64,000 nucleotides of DNA from Bdellovibrionales bacterium (GCA_030638415.1 DAOWEO010000008.1:47-64046), one strand, 5' to 3'; shown: positions 39,508 to 48,791, numbered from the stretch's first letter. Made by a program: numbers and translations. Notes: generated by a model from the letters alone, not told the origin.

Positions 39508-41238
39508 ATGGCCGTTTACCAATCTGATCTACAAGATATTTTTTTTAACCTATTTGATCTACATAAAGTTCACGATATGACAGAGATGTTTGAAGAAAAT
39601 GATCTTAAAGATATTATGCGTGAGTTTGATAAGTTTATTGGAAATGAGTTTTTTCCAGTGAGAGAGACAGGTGATCAAGAAGGTGTGCATTTGGAAGAGG
39701 ATGGAGTAAAAGTTCCACCATCTTTTCATGCTCCACATCACGCTTTTTATGAAAATGGTTGGTATGGACTAGGTTATAGTGAGGAAATTGAAGGGATACC
39801 CGTTCCTGAGCCAGTCTCTATTGCAGCGGTTTCTATTGCAACAGGATCAAATGTATCGCTAAGTATGTATTATGGGCTCACCAAGGGCGCCATGAACGTT
39901 ATTTTAAAAGTTGGTAGTAAAGAACAAAATGATTTTTATATTCCTAAAATTATGTCTGGTAGCTGGGGTGGTACAATGTGCCTGACAGAGTCAGGTGCTG
40001 GCAGTGATGTTGGTAATATTAAAACTGTTGCAACTCAAGTTGAGGGAGATAAGTATAAAATTAAAGGGGTAAAGATTTTTATCTCTTCCGGTGATAATGA
40101 TCTTTATGAAAATATAATTCACCTTGTATTGGCCAAGACGCCAGGTGCGCCTGCAGGTACAAAAGGTCTTTCATTGTTTATTGTTCCAAAGATTCGCACA
40201 AATGATGATGGAACCTTAGCTGGAGCTAATGATGTAATATGCACAAAGGTAGAAGAGAAGATGGGAATCCATGGTCAATCTACATGTGAATTAACTTTTG
40301 GCCAAGAAGATGGTTGCGAGGGATTTATAATTGGTAAAGAGGGCGAAGGGATGCAAAATATGTTCATTATGATGAATGAGGCACGCCTACTTTGTGGAAT
40401 TCAAGGAGAGTCACAGGCAAATCTTTGTTACGCTTTAACTAAAAAATATAGTGATGAGCGAGTGCAATTTGGAACAGAAATTAAAAATATGCCTGATGTT
40501 AAAAGACAATTACTTCGTATGCGGTCTATGTCTAGAGGCTTGAGAGCATTAAACATTTATGCTGGTTGTTTGATTGAAAAAGAGAACCAAGGTGATAATT
40601 CTATTGCTGCTGAGCTGGCACTGCTTACTCCGATTTGTAAGGCGTATGCGTCAGAAGAGGGATTTCAGGTTGCTGTTGAAGGTGTACAAGTCCATGGTGG
40701 ATATGGATTTTGTCAGGAATATGGAATTGAACAATTTGTACGAGATATTAAAATTGCGACTATCTATGAGGGGACAAATGGAATCCAGGCGATGGATTTT
40801 GTTATGCGAAAAATATTGAAAGACCAGGGTAAAACTTTTATGACCATTGGGCAGAAGGTGCAAAAAACTATGCAGCAAGAGGTTGCGCAAGAGTGGGCAC
40901 ATGAGCTCAGCATGATGGGTAAAAGTATGGAGCAATCTGAAAATATCTTAAAGAAATATGGAATGATGATGGCATCTAAGAATATTAATGGTGTGCTGTC
41001 TTCAGCGTATGATTTTTTAATGTATTGTGGAAATATTGTACTTGCATGGCAGTTATTAGAGCATGCTTGCTTGGCAAAAGAGATGCTGGCCAGTGCTGAG
41101 GGAGATGATGACAAGAAGTACTATGAGTCAAAAATAGTTGATTTCAAAGTGTTTTGTCAGCAGTACTTAGTAAGAAACTTGGCAATTGCTCAGAGTATTT
41201 TAAACTTTGATGAAGATTTATCCCAGTTGGAGGTTTAA
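39508..41238 (+). CDS. Long-form acyl-CoA dehydrogenase
   Basis: 576 aa with ACAD patterns (CLTESGAGSDVG, IFISSGD, QVHGGYGF..EYGIEQFVRDIKIATIYEGTNGIQ) plus a C-terminal extension. Confidence 0.9.
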   Translation: MAVYQSDLQDIFFNLFDLHKVHDMTEMFEENDLKDIMREFDKFIGNEFFPVRETGDQEGVHLEEDGVKVPPSFHAPHHAFYENGWYGLGYSEEIEGIPVPEPVSIAAVSIATGSNVSLSMYYGLTKGAMNVILKVGSKEQNDFYIPKIMSGSWGGTMCLTESGAGSDVGNIKTVATQVEGDKYKIKGVKIFISSGDNDLYENIIHLVLAKTPGAPAGTKGLSLFIVPKIRTNDDGTLAGANDVICTKVEEKMGIHGQSTCELTFGQEDGCEGFIIGKEGEGMQNMFIMMNEARLLCGIQGESQANLCYALTKKYSDERVQFGTEIKNMPDVKRQLLRMRSMSRGLRALNIYAGCLIEKENQGDNSIAAELALLTPICKAYASEEGFQVAVEGVQVHGGYGFCQEYGIEQFVRDIKIATIYEGTNGIQAMDFVMRKILKDQGKTFMTIGQKVQKTMQQEVAQEWAHELSMMGKSMEQSENILKKYGMMMASKNINGVLSSAYDFLMYCGNIVLAWQLLEHACLAKEMLASAEGDDDKKYYESKIVDFKVFCQQYLVRNLAIAQSILNFDEDLSQLEV

Positions 41239-41246
41239 CCTTTTCC

Positions 41247-41255
41247 TGCTATAAT
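41247..41255 (+). promoter_or_regulatory. Candidate extended -10 promoter element (TGCTATAAT)
   Basis: Same 9-mer as at 39436, 38 nt upstream of GTG 41293. Confidence 0.35.
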
Positions 41256-41292
41256 GAGTAGGTATTAACTTTAAACTTAAATTGGATATATT

Positions 41293-42114
41293 GTGGCTGA
41301 AACTAACCTAAACAAGTTAGTGGAGGAGTTTTCTCAAGGAGCACACGGAAATACTGACTATTACAAAGATACTGTTTTTATTCTAGGTGCTACTAATGAA
41401 TGCTTTGCTCCACTAGGTTTTATTTTAAAATCTTCTGACGAATTAACGCTAACCTCTTTGCAAAAAGAGGGGTATGTTTTGGAATCTCTCGAACTGATTG
41501 ATGTTACTGAGTTTAAACCATGGTTTGAAGGACAGTTTTCTCGCAAGCTGACAAGAAAAGCACAGCGGGAAATATCAATCTTACATCATCCCGATAATAA
41601 AATGATCTTCGATACAATCGAAACTATTAATAGGTGCTATGAGACACTTCGTTCGACTCGCATAATGCTTAATAGTGAAAAATTACCAACTCAGGTTGGT
41701 GAATGGTATTGTAAGTGTATTTTTGGTCTCAAACAAAAAAAATCATCTTCTCAAAGAGGCTTTGATTTTTATTTTGGAGACAAACGAGTTGAGGTAAAGG
41801 TTCACTGGGGCGATGTTTCATCACCAAAAGGGGTGAAGTTAAGAAAGTCGTTAGTTGAACTTAGTGATTACACTGTTGTTATATATGTTGGTATGAATCT
41901 GATGATTAGGGAGATCTGTTTTTTAGACTCTGACTATGTTATTAGAAAATTCTCTGGCAAGGGGCATACACTTTTTTTGAAAGACTCAGAAATGGCATCA
42001 TACTTTTTTAATCGATCTGATAAGCATTATAACAAGGTAATCAATAAGAGTGCCTTGTTGCGCTTTTGCAATCCAACTTTTGCTATGAAAATTGCAGATA
42101 AGCTTAACGCTTAA
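41293..42114 (+). CDS. Hypothetical protein with PD-(D/E)xK nuclease-like C-terminal half
   Basis: GTG start. GEWYCKCIFGL....RGFDFYFGDKRVEVKV fits a D...(D/E)xK core preceded by a GE..helix. Confidence 0.4.
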   Translation: MAETNLNKLVEEFSQGAHGNTDYYKDTVFILGATNECFAPLGFILKSSDELTLTSLQKEGYVLESLELIDVTEFKPWFEGQFSRKLTRKAQREISILHHPDNKMIFDTIETINRCYETLRSTRIMLNSEKLPTQVGEWYCKCIFGLKQKKSSSQRGFDFYFGDKRVEVKVHWGDVSSPKGVKLRKSLVELSDYTVVIYVGMNLMIREICFLDSDYVIRKFSGKGHTLFLKDSEMASYFFNRSDKHYNKVINKSALLRFCNPTFAMKIADKLNA

Positions 42115-43358
42115 AATAGCTCATAGCGAAGTAAGCGACACTCAATCGGCCCATTGAAAAATTCAATTCGTCTGGATGTTTGTAGAGATATTGATTTTCT
42201 TAGCTCTGGTGTACCTGTAAAAATATAAACTCTTGTTTGTTTAAAGTTCTTTTTAAGGTGTTCGCCAAATTGAAAATAGAGGTCTTTGAGTTCTTCTAGG
42301 TCTCCCATTCTCTCTCCGTATGGAGGGTTTGTTAAGATTACACCTGGTATATTGTGCTCGTGAGATAATTGCAGTGCGTTCATCTGCTTAATTTCAACAC
42401 ATTTGAATACAGCCGCTTTACGTAAATTCATATTACAAAGCTTTATATTTTCTTGGGCCAAATCACTACCATAAATATTAAGTTGCTCAGCAGACTCAAG
42501 AGCAGCTTCGTTAGAGTTGTAAATTTTTTCACTTTCACGCTTAAACCACGCTTTAAGGGTAGAGTCTTTTTTAAACCATTTTTGCTGTAAAAAGCACCAA
42601 GCCTCTTCTTTACTCTTAATAAGTCCTCTTAGTTTTAGATAGCTTGGTGAAACGCCCAATTTAAAAAGGGCGGCTTCAATAATAATAGTTCCGGATCCAC
42701 ACATTGGGTCAATAAAGCGTTCACCACTTTGAGGATCCCAGTCTGTTGATAAAATTAGGGCAGCAGCAAGGTTTTCACGTAGTGGAGCAGTATTGGAATC
42801 TTTACGATATCCTCTTTGGCTTAGAGGAATACCAGATAGGTCTAAGGATATGGTAGCAAAAAACTCACCACGTCTCGGTGTTTTTTCCACGTGGAGCCTA
42901 AGTGGACAATCGGGATCATCAGTGTGGACATCTGGACGCTTCTTATGTTTTTTCATAAAATGGTCAGCAATGGCATCTTTTAGCTTATAAGAGAGAAACA
43001 TACTATTGTTGAAGGTTTTACTTGCTTCTCGGTCTAATAAAGTGGAAATCTTAAATGTATCACTTAGTTCCATGACCTCTTCCCATGGTAGAAGAAGGGA
43101 TTTTTTATATAGATCATCCTCATTTTTAATTTTAAATTTGAACAGTACTTTATAGATTCTATCTGCAATTCGTGATTGTAGTAGAGCAGTTAGTGCATTT
43201 TCTGAAGTTGTTTGAAAGCTGACACCACCGCTGTATGTGCGAGGTTTTGTAATTCCCATTCCTTCCAGCTCAGCGGCTAGTGGAAACTCAGCTCTACGTG
43301 GACAGCTCATGGTATATTGATTTGTAATTTTCATCTGACTTGTTAATGGTTGGGACAC
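42111..43358 (-). CDS. THUMP-domain class I SAM-dependent RNA methyltransferase (RlmL/YpsC-like)
   Basis: DPMCGSGTIIIEAA (SAM motif I) and TNPPYGERMG (motif IV), with a THUMP-like N-terminal half. Confidence 0.85.
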   Translation of the reverse strand: MSQPLTSQMKITNQYTMSCPRRAEFPLAAELEGMGITKPRTYSGGVSFQTTSENALTALLQSRIADRIYKVLFKFKIKNEDDLYKKSLLLPWEEVMELSDTFKISTLLDREASKTFNNSMFLSYKLKDAIADHFMKKHKKRPDVHTDDPDCPLRLHVEKTPRRGEFFATISLDLSGIPLSQRGYRKDSNTAPLRENLAAALILSTDWDPQSGERFIDPMCGSGTIIIEAALFKLGVSPSYLKLRGLIKSKEEAWCFLQQKWFKKDSTLKAWFKRESEKIYNSNEAALESAEQLNIYGSDLAQENIKLCNMNLRKAAVFKCVEIKQMNALQLSHEHNIPGVILTNPPYGERMGDLEELKDLYFQFGEHLKKNFKQTRVYIFTGTPELRKSISLQTSRRIEFFNGPIECRLLRYELF

Positions 43359-43463
43359 ATTGATTCCTTTATAAAGCTAAATATTATTATATCCTGCCTT
43401 ATGTTGATTGTCAGGTCTATTGATGTTAGGCTGATGCGGTTATTATTAGATAAGGAGAATTAA

Positions 43464-44768
43464 ATGAGTGAATTTACAGATTATAAAGTAGCAGATATGT
43501 CTCTTGCCGATTGGGGCAGAAAAGAGATCGAAATAGCAGAAGCTGAAATGCCAGGACTTATGAGTCTACGTAAGGAGTTCGGAGCTTCAAAGCCATTAAA
43601 AGGTGCAAGAATTGCAGGATGTCTTCACATGACAATTCAGACCGCTGTTCTTATTGAGACACTTGTTGAACTAGGAGCTGAGGTTCGTTGGTCATCATGT
43701 AATATTTTTTCAACTCAAGATCAGGCAGCAGCAGCAATTGCAGCTGCTGGAGTTCCTGTATTTGCATGGAAAGGCATGAATGAGGAAGAATTTGATTGGT
43801 GTATAGAAAAAACACTTCATTGGGCTGATGGTTCAGGACTTAATTTGATTCTTGATGACGGTGGAGATCTAACTGTTATGGTTCATGATAAATTTCCACA
43901 GCTTCTTGAGGAGATTAAAGGTCTTTCTGAAGAGACAACTACTGGTGTTCACCGCCTTTACGATATGATGGCAAAGGGAACTCTGAAAGTTCCAGCTATC
44001 AACGTTAATGACTCTGTAACAAAGTCTAAGTTTGATAATCTTTACGGATGTCGTGAGTCACTTGTGGATAGTATTAAGCGTGCAACAGATGTAATGATTG
44101 CTGGTAAGATCTGTGTTGTAGCTGGTTATGGAGATGTGGGTAAGGGTTCTGCTCAATCTTTTAGAGGCCTTGGTGGGCGTGTTGTTATTACTGAAATCGA
44201 TCCTATCTGTGCTCTTCAAGCAGCAATGGAAGGTTTTGAAGTAATGAAAATGGAAGATGCTGCCAAGATTGGTGATATCTTCTGTACAGCAACTGGTTGT
44301 TGTGACGTTATTAACGGAACGCATATGGACGTTATGAAGTCTGGAGCTATTGTTTGTAATATTGGTCACTTTGATTCAGAAATTGAGGTTGCTTATTTAA
44401 ACAACCATAGTGATATTAAAAAATCTGAAGTTAAACCACAGGTTGATGAGTATACATATTCAGATGGTAAGAAACTTATCGTTCTTGCTGAAGGACGTCT
44501 TGTAAATCTTGGTTGTGCTACAGGTCACCCATCATTTGTAATGAGTAACTCTTTTACAAATCAGGTTATGGCACAAATTGAGCTGTGGGAAAACTATAAA
44601 AACTATGAGAAAAAAGTTTATGTTCTTCCTAAGCATCTTGATGAGAAGGTTGCAAGACTTCACCTATCAAAAGTTGGTGTCAAGCTTGATACTCTTAGCA
44701 ACAAGCAAGCAGAGTATCTAGGTATTCCTGTTGCTGGACCTTTTAAGCCAGAAATTTACCGTTACTAA
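43464..44768 (+). CDS. ahcY: Adenosylhomocysteinase
   Basis: [34 protein letters not shown] and GHFDSEI motifs. Confidence 0.96.
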   Translation: MSEFTDYKVADMSLADWGRKEIEIAEAEMPGLMSLRKEFGASKPLKGARIAGCLHMTIQTAVLIETLVELGAEVRWSSCNIFSTQDQAAAAIAAAGVPVFAWKGMNEEEFDWCIEKTLHWADGSGLNLILDDGGDLTVMVHDKFPQLLEEIKGLSEETTTGVHRLYDMMAKGTLKVPAINVNDSVTKSKFDNLYGCRESLVDSIKRATDVMIAGKICVVAGYGDVGKGSAQSFRGLGGRVVITEIDPICALQAAMEGFEVMKMEDAAKIGDIFCTATGCCDVINGTHMDVMKSGAIVCNIGHFDSEIEVAYLNNHSDIKKSEVKPQVDEYTYSDGKKLIVLAEGRLVNLGCATGHPSFVMSNSFTNQVMAQIELWENYKNYEKKVYVLPKHLDEKVARLHLSKVGVKLDTLSNKQAEYLGIPVAGPFKPEIYRY

Positions 44769-44790
44769 TATTTAACTAGATTTAAGTTTA

Positions 44791-44821
44791 AAAAGGAGAT
44801 CATAACTGATCTCCTTTTTTT
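44791..44821. terminator. Bidirectional rho-independent terminator between ahcY and the NhaC-like gene
   Basis: AAAA-GGAGATCA-TAAC-TGATCTCC-TTTTTTT. Confidence 0.75.
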
Positions 44822-44822
44822 A

Positions 44823-46265
44823 TTAACTATCTATTGCGGCCTTCCTCAGTTTAATAATTGTCCAGCCTGTATAAGCAAGAAAAAGAGAGACAAGAGGACT
44901 AAGTAGATTAAAAAATGCATATGGGGCATAGCTTAGTGTTGCGACTCCTAGTACCGTTGCATTATAGGCTCCACCTGTATTCCACGGTATTAAAACTGAT
45001 ACGACGGTTCCTGAGTCTTCTAAGGCCCTTGATAAGTTTTCAGGAGCTAAGTCAAAATCATCATAGCTTTTTTTGAACATTCTTCCCGGAATGACAATTG
45101 ATAGGTACTGATCTGAAGCCGTTGTATTTATAAAAATACAACTAGCAAGTGTTGCTGCAATTAGTGAAAATGCAGAGTGTACCTTTTTTAGAACAGCATT
45201 AGTGATGACAGATAGCATCTTGGTTGACTCCATCGCACCACCAAAAACCATTGCACAAAATATTAGCCAGATGGTATTAAGCATTCCGGCCATTCCACCA
45301 CGAGAGAGTAGTTTATCAATAGCAGCGTTACCAGACTCAATTGAAAATCCACCAAAGCTTACTGTCATAATCTGTTTATAAATATCTTGAGCGCTTTGAA
45401 AATTATAGTGATCATACTGTAAGAATACTATGCATAGAACCCCTAGTGCTATACCTACAATTATTGATGGTATGGCAGGAGCTTTTTTAAATACTAATGT
45501 AAAAATAGCTAGAGGTGGAATAAAAAGTAATAATGATATGTTAAAGTTTTTACTAATTACATCGGTGACAATTGCCAGCTGATCAGTGGATACAGGTTGT
45601 TGATAAAAGAGACCAATTATTGTGTAGATAATTACAGAGATGATTATTGCTGGGCCTGAAGTATAAACCATATGGCGGATATGGCTTGATAATGTACTTC
45701 CGGCAACAGCTGGTGCAAGGTTTGTCGTGTCAGATAGTGGAGACATTTTATCACCAAAATAAGCTCCAGAGATAATAGCTCCTGCAGTCATACCCTCTGG
45801 AATTCCAAGAGCTGTACCTATTGCCATTAATGCAATACCAACAGTACCGGTAGTCGACCAACTACTTCCTGTTGATAGGGAGATAACGCAACATGAGACA
45901 CAGGATATAGGTAAAAATAGTGATGGGGTAATTAATTTTAGTCCATAAAAAATCATAGTGGGAACGACTCCACCCATAATCCATATACCTATGAGGCTAC
46001 CAACTAAAAATAGGATAATACATGCCTGCAGAGCAATGAGAATCGAGCCGACTATTTTTTTTTCAAGATGATGATAGTCTTGCTTATAAAGAAAAGTACC
46101 AAATAGAGCTGCTATTATACTTGAAATGAGTAGGGCAATTTGATTAGGCCCTGAAGAGGCATCATCTTTAAATATAATAATATTAAAAACAAGTAGCGTA
46201 AGGAGTAGTATTACAGGTATTAGGGAAATTCCTAACGATGGATATTTAGAGTTTTCTTCAGACAC
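44823..46265 (-). CDS. nhaC: NhaC-family Na+/H+ antiporter
   Basis: 480-aa polytopic protein; ISGAYFGDKMSPLSDTTNLAPA and GSSWSTTGTVG motifs. Confidence 0.7.
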   Translation of the reverse strand: MSEENSKYPSLGISLIPVILLLTLLVFNIIIFKDDASSGPNQIALLISSIIAALFGTFLYKQDYHHLEKKIVGSILIALQACIILFLVGSLIGIWIMGGVVPTMIFYGLKLITPSLFLPISCVSCCVISLSTGSSWSTTGTVGIALMAIGTALGIPEGMTAGAIISGAYFGDKMSPLSDTTNLAPAVAGSTLSSHIRHMVYTSGPAIIISVIIYTIIGLFYQQPVSTDQLAIVTDVISKNFNISLLLFIPPLAIFTLVFKKAPAIPSIIVGIALGVLCIVFLQYDHYNFQSAQDIYKQIMTVSFGGFSIESGNAAIDKLLSRGGMAGMLNTIWLIFCAMVFGGAMESTKMLSVITNAVLKKVHSAFSLIAATLASCIFINTTASDQYLSIVIPGRMFKKSYDDFDLAPENLSRALEDSGTVVSVLIPWNTGGAYNATVLGVATLSYAPYAFFNLLSPLVSLFLAYTGWTIIKLRKAAIDS

Positions 46266-46293
46266 AATAGTTCCTTTAGTTTAAATATATAGA

Positions 46294-47055
46294 TTATTTA
46301 GATTGTAGTTTTAAATTTTCTTTTGCCATGGATAAGATAATAGAGTGAAACCAGTTTGGTTGATCTTTTAATATTTTTTTGATTCTAGAAACAGGTACAA
46401 TTGAAAGGACAGAGGGTTCAAGTGCAACGGCATAAACAGGAGATGGTAGTGAGGTGATTGCAGCAGCAGTACCTATTATTTCTCCAGGATTAAAAGATTC
46501 AATATCCTTATCATTTTTGTCACGTAGAACAATATGGCCCTCTTTTAGCAGATACATATTATCTAATATCGCTTCAACTTCAAACATTCGTTGATCTTTT
46601 TTTAAGATTATAGAAGTCGTTGTAGCATCTTTTTTAATATTTTTTACTACTTTTTTTTCACTAGCGACTTGTGATTTCTCTAATGTTATTTTGACTTGCT
46701 CAATTAGAGCCTCAGAGCTAAATGGTTTTTCTAATACAGGTATTTTTCCCTTGGTACATATTTCCTTCGCTAGTGGAGTAACCTCACCTGTAATAATAAT
46801 TATTGGTGGAAGCTTTTTTCCAAACATAATCCGATCTTTAGAAATATTATTTAGAAATGTTATCCCATTTTGTTTGGGCATATTTAGATCAGATATAATC
46901 AAATCAAATTCTTGGTTTTTAACCTTTAGAGTTCCCATTAAACCATCTGCTGCAAGAACTGTTTTATAACCTTCACATTCAAGAATATCTTTCATTAATT
47001 CCAAGATATCGGGATCATCATCAACCAGTAAAATACTTTGTGCACTATTGTTCAT
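46294..47055 (-). CDS. Response regulator: REC domain fused to a cyclic-nucleotide-binding-like domain
   Basis: LLVDDDPDIL...DLIISDLNMPKQNG...K (REC). The C-terminal LLKEGHIVL...FNPGEIIGTAA pattern resembles a cNMP-binding beta-roll. Confidence 0.7.
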   Translation of the reverse strand: MNNSAQSILLVDDDPDILELMKDILECEGYKTVLAADGLMGTLKVKNQEFDLIISDLNMPKQNGITFLNNISKDRIMFGKKLPPIIIITGEVTPLAKEICTKGKIPVLEKPFSSEALIEQVKITLEKSQVASEKKVVKNIKKDATTTSIILKKDQRMFEVEAILDNMYLLKEGHIVLRDKNDKDIESFNPGEIIGTAAAITSLPSPVYAVALEPSVLSIVPVSRIKKILKDQPNWFHSIILSMAKENLKLQSK

Positions 47056-47135
47056 CTATTTTTATCTCGGTTTTATGTTAATAGACTATAAGTTTATCTT
47101 TTAATTATACTAAATAGAAGTGACAAAATTTTGCC

Positions 47136-47945
47136 TCAGTAAGTAATTAAAAAATTAAACCCTGAATGACGCATCTTGTTTAGCAATACTTTGTGGCCGG
47201 CAGCTGTGACAAGAGTTGTACCGATGCTCCAAAGTATTATTGTTGTAAAAAAGATAGAAAATGATCCAGAATAAGTCCCAGTTAGGAGTATATGGCGCAC
47301 TTGTTCTAATTCAAATGTTAGTGGAGAGATGCTATTAGAAAGATTTTGTAGAATAGGGGGTAGAACTGCTATTGGAAAAAATGAACCAGCAAGAAAGGAT
47401 CCTAATGTATTTAGATACCCTAAAAAAGACTCCCCTCGTCCAATATATAAAATTATCAGTGAAAAAAGGATACCAAGGTTAACAAAAGGTATAATAAAAA
47501 TAATCTCAAATAGTATGGCCTTAAGTATATTTAAGGGGCTGCTGGGGAAATCAAATAGTATCATAGCTATAGAAAGTGTAATGATCGTTCTAATGATGTC
47601 TCTAATTAGGCCTCCGGTTCCCAGTACAAATAAAATTTTTAATATAGATACTGGTAGAGAAAGCATTAATTGAAAGCTTCCATCATGAACACTGAGTTTT
47701 ATCTTTCTAACAAAAGTACTAACGAAGTATAAAGGTAGTGATAGAAAGAGATCACCAACTAGAATATAACTAAAGTAACTCTGATTAAGGTGAGCATCTA
47801 CAGAGGCTGAAAAAGCTTTAGAGGTAAACCAATATATAAGTAGTGTTCCTAGAATTGCTATAATTTCACTTACAATTGTAAATAAGTGGTAATAACTGTT
47901 TTTATAATCAAGTTTGATCATTGATAATATGAGTCTAGCTAACAA
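47136..47945 (-). CDS. ABC-2-type transporter permease
   Basis: 269 aa with ~6 TM segments. It overlaps the upstream ATPase gene by 11 nt. Confidence 0.7.
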   Translation of the reverse strand: MLARLILSMIKLDYKNSYYHLFTIVSEIIAILGTLLIYWFTSKAFSASVDAHLNQSYFSYILVGDLFLSLPLYFVSTFVRKIKLSVHDGSFQLMLSLPVSILKILFVLGTGGLIRDIIRTIITLSIAMILFDFPSSPLNILKAILFEIIFIIPFVNLGILFSLIILYIGRGESFLGYLNTLGSFLAGSFFPIAVLPPILQNLSNSISPLTFELEQVRHILLTGTYSGSFSIFFTTIILWSIGTTLVTAAGHKVLLNKMRHSGFNFLITY

Positions 47946-48570
47946 GATTTCCTCCTGATAGATTCCATGTGGAAAATGTACTTAGGGAGTTAGTCATGTT
48001 TCGATGAGAGCTGAGTATAATCGTAGAATTTAAAAAAATTGTATTTAATAGCAGTGCTAACTCTACTTCTGTTTGTTGGTCAATATTTTCGAAGAGTTCA
48101 TCAATTAATAAAATATCTGGAGAATGGAGTGTTAGAATAAAAAATATTGCTAGTTTTTTCATACCTGTTGAGCACTTGTAAAATGGTTTCTCTAGTGACA
48201 GTTGAAAGGGGGCAATATCTGACCATTGTAGGTATTTAGTTTGAACTGCTGGACTTGCGAGTGACATCGTATTTGCAAAAAAAGAAATATTTTCTCTAAC
48301 TGTAAGCCTAGGAAATAGTCCATTACTTTGAGATGGAATGTAGGATAACTTTTTTTTGACCTGCTTATAATAAGGAGGTTGCCCTGTGATAAGAACTTGC
48401 CCTTTTTGTGGCACTAGTAATCCAGCTATTATCTTAAGTAAAGTTGTCTTGCCCACTCCATTATTACCATATAATAAATAATGCTGCCCCTGACGTATAT
48501 TTATGTTTATCTCATTGAAAAGAGGTTCATTATCAGTGAAAGAATGAGATATCTTTTTTAGTTCGATCAT
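47935..48570 (-). CDS. ABC transporter ATP-binding protein
   Basis: Walker A GNNGVGKTT, degenerate signature CSTGMKK, Walker B ILLIDELFENID. Confidence 0.85.
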   Translation of the reverse strand: MIELKKISHSFTDNEPLFNEININIRQGQHYLLYGNNGVGKTTLLKIIAGLLVPQKGQVLITGQPPYYKQVKKKLSYIPSQSNGLFPRLTVRENISFFANTMSLASPAVQTKYLQWSDIAPFQLSLEKPFYKCSTGMKKLAIFFILTLHSPDILLIDELFENIDQQTEVELALLLNTIFLNSTIILSSHRNMTNSLSTFSTWNLSGGNLVS

Positions 48571-48578
48571 TCCTTCTA

Positions 48579-48587
48579 TGGTATAAT
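48579..48587 (+). promoter_or_regulatory. Candidate extended -10 promoter (TGGTATAAT) for the peptide/kinase operon
   Basis: TGnTATAAT match in the 46-bp divergent gap, 29 nt before ATG 48617. GAGGAAG lies at 48608-48614. Confidence 0.4.
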
Positions 48588-48616
48588 AGGTAATGATAAA
48601 TTAACAGTGAGGAAGA

Positions 48617-48791
48617 GATGTCTGATACAGAAATTGATAAAAAAGAAAATATAGATCAAAAAAAAGAGTATATTAAGCCTGAGATAAAATCTGAAGATCT
48701 TGTCTCTTTTGGTGCTCTTTGTAATGGCACTGAAATTGGAGGCCGAAAGGCGGCTGTTCCAGTTTGTAACACAAGAAAAATTAATTCATAA
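48617..48791 (+). CDS. Candidate RiPP precursor peptide, interrupted by an A9 tract (57 aa if read as A8)
   Basis: ATG 48617 with a good SD opens MSDTEIDKKENIDQKKRVY*, with its stop at 48674. The +1 frame is open over 48654-48788 and encodes ..EYIKPEIKSEDLVSFGALCNGTEIGGRKAAVPVCNTRKINS*. That frame has no ATG/GTG/TTG and ends 2 nt before the kinase GTG. The frames switch at A9 (48657-48665). Confidence 0.4.

Noticed and set aside
39559-41114. Internal ORFs of the acyl-CoA dehydrogenase region (39559-39741, 40574-40819, 40651-40935, 40764-41114). The same applies to similar shadow ORFs inside nhaC, the pullulanase, prkA, the RR/ABC genes and ahcY.
   Set aside because: They are embedded in genes with strong family motifs. 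They are shadow ORFs.
41293-43358. Restriction-modification pair (PD-(D/E)xK-like ORF next to a methyltransferase with NPPY).
   Set aside because: The methyltransferase has a THUMP N-terminal domain and RlmL/YpsC-like organisation, so it is an RNA m2G-type enzyme. The genes are convergent, not co-transcribed.
43359-43463. SAH riboswitch upstream of ahcY.
   Set aside because: I could not recognise the conserved GC-rich pseudoknotted SAH-element core in this AT-rich 105-nt leader. Only a weak CCTG...CAGG hairpin is present.
47935-48570. Peptidase-containing (C39) bacteriocin ABC exporter that would process the Gly-Gly motif.
   Set aside because: The ATPase is only 211 aa and the permease is a separate ABC-2 protein. 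No C39 domain is present.
48656-48687. Classical -1 programmed frameshift on the A AAA AAA heptamer in the peptide gene.
   Set aside because: The -1 frame reads AAG AGT ATA TTA AGC CTG AGA TAA and stops at 48685-48687. Only +1, -2, or a one-A deletion or two-A insertion reaches the long frame.
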